Below are positions 57,948-64,000 of a DNA stretch of 64,000 bases, one piece after another; position 1 is the first letter of the stretch; each line of letters starts with the position of its first letter. Made by a program: the position numbers and the translations under genes. Under the pieces are notes generated by a model that saw nothing but the letters and a program-made list of their open reading frames with translations, had not been told where the DNA came from and searched no databases. Origin of the DNA: a virus (Duplodnaviria; Caudoviricetes). The stretch lies in the IMG/VR virus record IMGVR_UViG_3300028596_000001. One strand, 5' to 3'.

Positions 57948-57963
57948 GTAATATAGGTTTCAA
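57948..57963 (-). promoter_or_regulatory. Putative early promoter (TTGAAACCTATATTAC)
   Basis: Matches the four-copy motif; an 8-bp 5'-UTR hairpin lies at 57912-57931. Confidence 0.7.
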
Positions 57964-57975
57964 AGTACCTAGAAG

Positions 57976-58212
57976 TTAACGTGGCCTGTTCCAGATAGCA
58001 CGGTACTCATTGAGCAGATCAGTCGCTGCGCTACGACAACCTTCCGCCAAGAACAAGTAGTGTTTGCGTTTGCGTGGGTGCCACCAATAACGTTTAGCCA
58101 TCTCCAAATTGACCATAGCCAACCCTTGGTGATGCGCGATGAAACCAGAAAGCTCTGCACGATAAGCCTTGGTTTCCTTAGTACCTATTGCAGTAACCTT
58201 TTCCATAGTCAT
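57976..58212 (-). CDS. Small basic hypothetical protein
   Basis: 78 aa with AAGGA RBS. Confidence 0.55.
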   Translation of the reverse strand: MTMEKVTAIGTKETKAYRAELSGFIAHHQGLAMVNLEMAKRYWWHPRKRKHYLFLAEGCRSAATDLLNEYRAIWNRPR

Positions 58213-58255
58213 CCTTAAATGCGTTCAAACCTAGATAATAGTGACTCAGTGACAA

Positions 58256-58289
58256 TATACCCTATCCCGGTTTCCCGGGATAGGGTATA
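58256..58289. terminator. 15-bp hairpin
   Basis: TATACCCTATCCCGG-TTTC-CCGGGATAGGGTATA. Confidence 0.8.
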
Positions 58290-58293
58290 GAGA

Positions 58294-59223
58294 TTATGCA
58301 AATTTGATAGAGTCAGACAAACCGTTAGCACCACGGATCCCGGAGAAGTAATAGATAGTAGTACCTATCGCCGCAGACCCTCCGAAGCCCCGCATGATTC
58401 CAGCATTAGCACCCCATTCTTCCCAGGTGTTTTTATCTGGATCGTACCGGTAGCACTTCTCGTTACTTACCGCCGGTGTCTTAAATCCGAACAGACTAAC
58501 CAGATAACCACGGAAGCTGTGGAACGATCGTCTGCAACCAAAAGCAACCGGTGGCGGTTCCTTAGCCACTAACTCCAGTGACATCGGATCGAATTGATAA
58601 AGCTCCTTTTGGTAAACGCTTGAACGACGCCCTCCCAAAATGTAGATCTTTCCTTTATGGGCAACCACCCCACAATCCAATCGTCCTGAGATAGGAAGTC
58701 CGAGCGCTGCCCACGTATTGGTAACCGGGTCATAAACGTGGTTAACGAATGACGTCGGAGTTTCTTGATCTCCGGAGGCAGCAACAATCCCACTGAAATA
58801 ATACAACTTGCCGTTGACCACACAACCGTCACCATGTCGATGTGGTACGGGGCATGGAGCTAACGTTTCCCACAGCCCTGTTGCAAAGTCATAGCTTTCC
58901 AGAAGCCCAGTAACCGCAGTAGTGTTACCGAGGGTCCCAGCACAGATATAAAGCTTGCTACCGAGCATCAAGGAAGTGTGGCCCATTCGCCCCTGACGTA
59001 GTGAACGAGTGCTGCCCCAAGTGTTGGTAACTGGGTTATAAGTAGCAAAAGTGCTAAGAGGTGCTCCTCCCCCGTACCCACCAATCCAATGCGCCTCACC
59101 ACCATAAGCAATTGCGTCGTGGTGAAACCCGTACGCTAAACCGGCGATACCAGTCCACGTCATTCCAGAGATGTCTGGTTTTTCTGCCGAACCGCCGGAA
59201 CTAGGAACCATTAGCTCTAACAT
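58294..59223 (-). CDS. Kelch-repeat (beta-propeller) protein
   Basis: About six repeats with hydrophobic-GG...Y(D/N)PxxxxW spacing (YNPVTNTW, YDFATGLW, YDPVTNTW, YDPDKNTW). Confidence 0.85.
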   Translation of the reverse strand: MLELMVPSSGGSAEKPDISGMTWTGIAGLAYGFHHDAIAYGGEAHWIGGYGGGAPLSTFATYNPVTNTWGSTRSLRQGRMGHTSLMLGSKLYICAGTLGNTTAVTGLLESYDFATGLWETLAPCPVPHRHGDGCVVNGKLYYFSGIVAASGDQETPTSFVNHVYDPVTNTWAALGLPISGRLDCGVVAHKGKIYILGGRRSSVYQKELYQFDPMSLELVAKEPPPVAFGCRRSFHSFRGYLVSLFGFKTPAVSNEKCYRYDPDKNTWEEWGANAGIMRGFGGSAAIGTTIYYFSGIRGANGLSDSIKFA

Positions 59224-59237
59224 AATCGAATTCTCTT

Positions 59238-59855
59238 TTACACTTCAATTAGAATAGGTCTCCACCCAGCGTTAGTGTTACCGATGCTTTTGGTGGATAC
59301 CGAGATGCCAGTCGGACCAGTGTAACCGCGGTTAACGCAGTAGGAACCGGATTGTTTAGACGTTTCCCTACAGTAGTTAGACCGTCCCTGTGAGTTAGCT
59401 GTGCTGTCGATACCTAATTCCGCATTTGTGAAGTTAGCGTATATAGGGCCTGTATACGTGACATCCCTATTAGCAGCTACCGAATAAATGAGGTCGTTCC
59501 ATTCCCCGCCAGCAGTATCACTAGGGTCAGCTACCGCCCCGGTCATAAGGCGGATCAAATAAGTTTTACCACCTATGTTTACGTTACGACCAAACACCAG
59601 GTTTAGGTTGTTTAACGCGACCCAAGAGAAGCTAGTGCGACAAGGCTTCTGTGGAACCCAGACTGTCTTCCCATTTACAGTAAACTGCATCCATGGCGAA
59701 GCAGCGTTTATAACAGTACCTGCGGACAACCCAACCGCTGTAGCGAGATCAGCATAAGTAATGAATTCTTCTGGGTTTACTAAACCATTAAAACCTTCTA
59801 CCCCTGGATCTACACCAGAGGATGCTCCCGCATTTGAAAGATGCAATTCTAGCAT
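59238..59855 (-). CDS. Putative virion structural protein
   Basis: Start MLELH at 59855; 'GGEWNDLIY' and 'GWRPIL' blocks recall phiKZ-like virion paralog families. Confidence 0.55.
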   Translation of the reverse strand: MLELHLSNAGASSGVDPGVEGFNGLVNPEEFITYADLATAVGLSAGTVINAASPWMQFTVNGKTVWVPQKPCRTSFSWVALNNLNLVFGRNVNIGGKTYLIRLMTGAVADPSDTAGGEWNDLIYSVAANRDVTYTGPIYANFTNAELGIDSTANSQGRSNYCRETSKQSGSYCVNRGYTGPTGISVSTKSIGNTNAGWRPILIEV

Positions 59856-59964
59856 AATCCTACCCAATTATCCGTTTAGGGTTAATACATAAAATTTACT
59901 GCGGCCCCTATTCTATTTTTATTGATTTTATGCCCTCACCAAAGTACACTTTCAAGGACCACCT

Positions 59965-60543
59965 ATGGATATCCCGAACTATGAGTTATTCCTGAAGCGG
60001 TTCATCGAAGTAAACGTAGAAGTATACAAAGATGATCCCGCTTTCGTGGCTCAGCTCAATGCGCTGACGCTTGACACTCTCGTAATTACCAACCTGCGTA
60101 AGGCCGATCTTGAGGGTAAGGTTTACCACACCGTGGACGTAGAGAAGGTCGGTTTGCTGAAAGGCTTCGACCAGCACTACTACCCGGCGGACTACGTAGA
60201 ACACCACGCTGCCAAACTGGAAGACCCCGAACCGAAAACGGTAGAGGTTCTCCAGACCCGTACCCTGCCAGGCGTTTACCTGGTGCTCGTGAACGAGACT
60301 GATCACAAGAGCGCCCTGCTGGTAAACCACGGGGAAAAGACGATTGAAGCACTGACCGCTTTGGTCAAGGCTAAATCTAAAGTCGTACTGACCGACGAGC
60401 AGATCACCGTTAGCGAAGATCTGTCCACTGTGACGATCGACTCCCCTACCGTCATTGGTTTGTTGCAAGTATACGAAAGTATCTACGACGAACTCCCTCG
60501 CTGGAATGGGGAATACGTTTACGACGGCACGTTGACGTATTAA
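59965..60543 (+). CDS. Tail-fibre-associated protein (putative)
   Basis: 192 aa ending WNGEYVYDGTLTY, immediately upstream of the fibre gene. Confidence 0.5.
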   Translation: MDIPNYELFLKRFIEVNVEVYKDDPAFVAQLNALTLDTLVITNLRKADLEGKVYHTVDVEKVGLLKGFDQHYYPADYVEHHAAKLEDPEPKTVEVLQTRTLPGVYLVLVNETDHKSALLVNHGEKTIEALTALVKAKSKVVLTDEQITVSEDLSTVTIDSPTVIGLLQVYESIYDELPRWNGEYVYDGTLTY

Positions 60544-60590
60544 CACCACCGACACGGACGGAACTTTAAATCCTTTTAGAGGAAAGAAAC

Positions 60591-63530
60591 ATGGTTGATT
60601 TTGTAGAAACTCCCAACTTCGATGAGGCCATTGCCATCATCGAGACGGGTGAAAAAGTTCTGGGTGGCGCTGGCGGTCCTGCAAACCGTCCGCTGCAAGC
60701 CCTGGCTAACCGTACTCGCTACCTGAAAGATTTCCTGGATGGTATCGTCAGCGGTGGCATTGGTGGCGTTATCCTCATGGGCGTTCTGGAAACCCAGGCC
60801 GAACTGGATGCCATCCCTACTGAAGGTCTGAAGGTCGGCACCGCCTACTTCCTGAACTTCGAGATGCGCGTGTGGAACGGCACCGAGTGGGGTAACTCCG
60901 GTTCCCTGCGTGGTGAACGCGGCCTCAACATCCTGGGTGTCTGGCCTGACGCAGTTCCACTGCCGGACCACACTCAGAACGTCATCGGTGACGCTTACCT
61001 GTGGAAGAACGACATTCACGTTCTCGTGCCTTCGTTCGATCCTGAAGATCCGGAAGCCTCCGACCTGCCTCCTATCTGGGAAGGTCTGGGCATCCGTGGT
61101 CCAGACGGTAAGAGCACCTTCGACATTTACCGCGAACAACCAGGTAACGCCAACAAGACCCAAGCCCAGTTCCTGGCTGAACAGAAAGGTGAGCAAGGCG
61201 ACGACGCCTATGAAGCCTGGCTGAAGATCCCGGTGAACGAAGGCAAGTCTCGTGAACAGTGGGTTGAAGAAACCCGTGGTCTGCAAGGTGAAGTCGGTCC
61301 TGCCCGTGGTGCGTTCGTTGTAGCTGGTTCGAAGGCCAACGCTGGTCAACTCCCTACCCCGGGCGATGAGACCAAAGCCTGGTACGTAGGTATCGATCTG
61401 TACGTTTGGGTCGAAGCCGACCAGAACTACATCATGATCCCTGGTATCGCTGGTAAGTCGGCGTACACCATCTGGCTGGAATCTGATCCAGAGCATGAAG
61501 GTCAGACCGAAGCTCAGTTCCTGGAGTCGCTGAAAGGTGCTAAAGGTAATGACTCTGTCGTACCTGGTCCAAAAGGTGACGACGGTCGTAACCTGCGTAT
61601 CCTCGGTACCGTTGGTACCAGTTCCGAACTGGCCCAGCTCGAAGACCCAGTAGACCAGGATGCCTATGCCACCCTGGACACTGGTCGCCTGTGGATGTTC
61701 CTGCCTCTGGAAGGTGGCTGGAAAGATCTCGGCCCATGGCGTGGTGTGGATGGTAAGTCTGCCTTTGAAGTATGGCAAGACAACGGCCATCCAGAAGGTA
61801 CCCCAGCTGAGTTCTTTGCTTCGCTGAAAGGTAAAGACGGTATCAACATGGAGATCCGTGGCGTTGTTGCCACTCTCGCCGCGTTGCCAGCCGTTCCGCA
61901 AGAGCAATGGCTGTATGCCGTTCAGGATGAGCGTTCGTTCTACCTGTACCTCGATGGTGCTTGGGCGAACATCGGTACCTACGGTATCGACGGTGTTGAC
62001 GGTAAAGACGGTAAGTCTCTCGATATCGTCAAGATCCTCACCGAAGAAGACGACGTTCCGCCTGCCGCTGATGCCAACACCAAGGGCAAAGCGTATATCT
62101 CCTGGAACCCACGTGATGTCTACGTGAACGTTTCCGGCGGTGCATGGGAGAATGCCGGTCCGTTCATGCCTCTGGGTCAACAAGGTATCCAGGGTGTTGC
62201 CTTCCGTCCTAAGGGTACCGTCATGGCCCTGGGCGACCTGCCTCCTATTGGCGGCGATGGTAACGCGGTAGAAGGTGATACCTACTCGGTTATCGAAGAA
62301 GGCAAGAAGCTCTACACCGTTGTTGACGGTCAGTGGAGCGGTCCTCTGGACATCGTCGGCCCTATGGGTAAAGACGGTCCTCAGGGTATCCCTGGTGCGT
62401 TGATGCCTATTAAAGGTGTCTACAAGACCATGGCTCTGCTGCGTGCGGCTCACCCTACTGGTGCGCTGGGCGACGCATACATGATCATCGATCCGGATGC
62501 CTTGCCAGAACCTATCCGTAACCTGGCCATCTGGTCGGTTGAGGGTAACGACTGGGTTGACACCGGTCCGTCGGGTATCAAAGGTGAGCAAGGTAATCCT
62601 GGTAACGACTCCACCGTACCAGGTCCTCAGGGTGAGAAAGGTAGCCAATGGCTGACCCTCGCTACCCAAGATGCTCCTTCTGCTGCGTTCAACGGTCGTC
62701 CTGGTGACTGGGCGGTTAACCAACTGCTGCGCGTCTACTACAAAACTGTTAACCAAGGCTGGGTGTACTGGGGCCAACTGGTCGCGGGTGATGTTAACTC
62801 GCCTCTGCTCGCCGAAGGTAAAGTGGTACGTCTGGGTAATACCTGGATCCCACTGCCTGTAGACGAAGTAGAGAGCCCAGTTGAAGGTGAGTTCTACGCT
62901 CGTAAGAAAGTTGGCGAAGATCAAGGCAACCCAGTGATGGCTTGGGCCGCGCTGCCTGACATCATCGCTGACCTGCAAACCAAACACGACACCAAGCAAT
63001 TCGTCCGGGTCTACAAGACCACTGACTCGGTGCCTGTGTGGGCTGAACTGCAGCTGCCTGCGGCTGGTATCTCCGATATCGCCAACCCGAAAGACGGTGC
63101 TCTGTACCTGCGCTTCGCCAAGAACGGTACCTGGGTCGAATACATCCCGGCTCCGAACGACGCCAAGCAATACGTACAGAAGGGAGGTAACTGGATTTCC
63201 TTCGACCGTTATGACATGCCTGTTAAAGCCATGTCCGCTACCGGTTCCGTGGATCCGACTGTCGACCAGGTTGTAGCGCTGGATAACTCCGCCGTTGCTG
63301 CCAAGACCATTACCCTCGGTGACGGTCCTAAAGGTGCGAACGCTCGGGCTCAAACCCTGATCGTAACGGTTACTGGTTCTGCTGGCGTTGTTAGCTTCGC
63401 AGCTACTGGTGCAACCACCCTGAGCTGGCACGGTGGTACTCCGCCTACTCTGTCGGGTTCCGTTACCAACATCGTGTTCTGGTGGACCGGTAGCCGTTGG
63501 ATCGGTCAGCTGGGTGCGGTAGTCCCTTAA
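60591..63530 (+). CDS. Tail fibre protein with collagen-like G-X-Y repeats
   Basis: N-terminal 'VLGGAGGPANRPLQALANRTRYLK' fibre-anchoring motif; repeated GxxGxxG / GDAY..W / GKSAYE.W modules. Confidence 0.85.
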   Translation: MVDFVETPNFDEAIAIIETGEKVLGGAGGPANRPLQALANRTRYLKDFLDGIVSGGIGGVILMGVLETQAELDAIPTEGLKVGTAYFLNFEMRVWNGTEWGNSGSLRGERGLNILGVWPDAVPLPDHTQNVIGDAYLWKNDIHVLVPSFDPEDPEASDLPPIWEGLGIRGPDGKSTFDIYREQPGNANKTQAQFLAEQKGEQGDDAYEAWLKIPVNEGKSREQWVEETRGLQGEVGPARGAFVVAGSKANAGQLPTPGDETKAWYVGIDLYVWVEADQNYIMIPGIAGKSAYTIWLESDPEHEGQTEAQFLESLKGAKGNDSVVPGPKGDDGRNLRILGTVGTSSELAQLEDPVDQDAYATLDTGRLWMFLPLEGGWKDLGPWRGVDGKSAFEVWQDNGHPEGTPAEFFASLKGKDGINMEIRGVVATLAALPAVPQEQWLYAVQDERSFYLYLDGAWANIGTYGIDGVDGKDGKSLDIVKILTEEDDVPPAADANTKGKAYISWNPRDVYVNVSGGAWENAGPFMPLGQQGIQGVAFRPKGTVMALGDLPPIGGDGNAVEGDTYSVIEEGKKLYTVVDGQWSGPLDIVGPMGKDGPQGIPGALMPIKGVYKTMALLRAAHPTGALGDAYMIIDPDALPEPIRNLAIWSVEGNDWVDTGPSGIKGEQGNPGNDSTVPGPQGEKGSQWLTLATQDAPSAAFNGRPGDWAVNQLLRVYYKTVNQGWVYWGQLVAGDVNSPLLAEGKVVRLGNTWIPLPVDEVESPVEGEFYARKKVGEDQGNPVMAWAALPDIIADLQTKHDTKQFVRVYKTTDSVPVWAELQLPAAGISDIANPKDGALYLRFAKNGTWVEYIPAPNDAKQYVQKGGNWISFDRYDMPVKAMSATGSVDPTVDQVVALDNSAVAAKTITLGDGPKGANARAQTLIVTVTGSAGVVSFAATGATTLSWHGGTPPTLSGSVTNIVFWWTGSRWIGQLGAVVP

Positions 63531-63538
63531 CTGAATAG

Positions 63539-63566
63539 CTACGGGGGTCTCTAAAGACCCTCGTAG
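63539..63566 (+). terminator. 12-bp hairpin after the fibre gene
   Basis: CTACGGGGGTCT-CTAA-AGACCCTCGTAG-TTT. Confidence 0.6.
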
Positions 63567-63595
63567 TTTCCCCACCAAAGATTTTAGGAGACAGT

Positions 63596-64000
63596 ATGAC
63601 TACTGTTACTCGCGACACCCGTTTGATCCACATCCCGACTGGCGATTACCCTGTATACCTCCGGGACCTCAACACCCGTATCGAGAACGCGTGCATCAAC
63701 CCTGATCGCATCGATTCGGAAGCATTGGTAGATTTCGGCTACGCTCCTGTAGTAGAAGTCGACATGCCACCAGGCGACGTGGTTAGTGAAGGTGCCCCAG
63801 AGCTCGTAGACGGTGTTTACAAGCGTACCTGGATCATCCGTGAGCATACCCCTGTTGAAGAAGCTGCGTTGCTTAAGCAGGCCAAAGACACCGCGCTGGT
63901 TGCCATCGAACAGCTGCGTGTCAACGAATTCCGTGATGGCGTTCCTTATCAGTTTACTGAAGGCGTCTACCACGTACAGATTCGTAGTGAAGACCGCATC
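63596..64000 (+). CDS. Tail fibre assembly chaperone (putative), truncated at window end
   Basis: AGGAG RBS; MTTVTRDTRLIHIPTGDYPVYL...FGYAPV..PPGDVVSEGAPELVDGVYKRTW; open to the window end. Confidence 0.6.
   Translation, partial: MTTVTRDTRLIHIPTGDYPVYLRDLNTRIENACINPDRIDSEALVDFGYAPVVEVDMPPGDVVSEGAPELVDGVYKRTWIIREHTPVEEAALLKQAKDTALVAIEQLRVNEFRDGVPYQFTEGVYHVQIRSEDRI

Noticed and set aside
58221-58240. TTCAAACCTAGATAAT resembling the early promoter on the plus strand
   Set aside because: The core TATATTAC is not matched, and no plus-strand gene follows.
1-64000. CRISPR arrays, tRNA/rRNA genes, group I introns, IS elements
   Set aside because: No spaced direct repeats, cloverleaf motifs, interrupted reading frames in the RNAP genes, or transposase motifs were seen by eye. 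tRNAscan-SE and Infernal would be needed to exclude them formally.

Overview
The window is 64 kb of a phiKZ-like (Chimalliviridae-type) jumbo phage genome, probably from a Pseudomonas-like host; that host call is inferred from gene content and codon style. It holds conserved morphogenesis and virion-transcription blocks: tail sheath and tube, prohead protease, four of five virion RNA polymerase subunits, a 2681-aa tail lysin/tape-measure-like protein, a UvsX/RecA, inner-head paralogs, an SF2 helicase and a collagen-like tail fibre with its chaperone. It also has accessory early regions behind a repeated AACCTATAT(T/C)AC promoter. phiKZ gp numbers below are recalled homolog assignments based on motifs and synteny, not database hits. 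The main observations are: (1) an Ala1 class-3 (WCT) intein with a decayed LAGLIDADG domain splitting the helicase Walker A; (2) several nucleotide or nucleic-acid enzyme folds (RNase H, HD, NUDIX, possibly SLOG) that appear to have lost their catalytic residues; (3) about 15 long intergenic hairpins, most sharing a CTAC/GTAG core and a displaced U-tract; (4) a tandem array of small early genes containing divergent paralogs and a shared V-x-D-F N-terminal motif; (5) a tail protein carrying both GH19 and M15-peptidase domains; (6) an EF-hand-bearing endolysin embedded in the vRNAP/head operon. No tRNA, rRNA or CRISPR array was seen.
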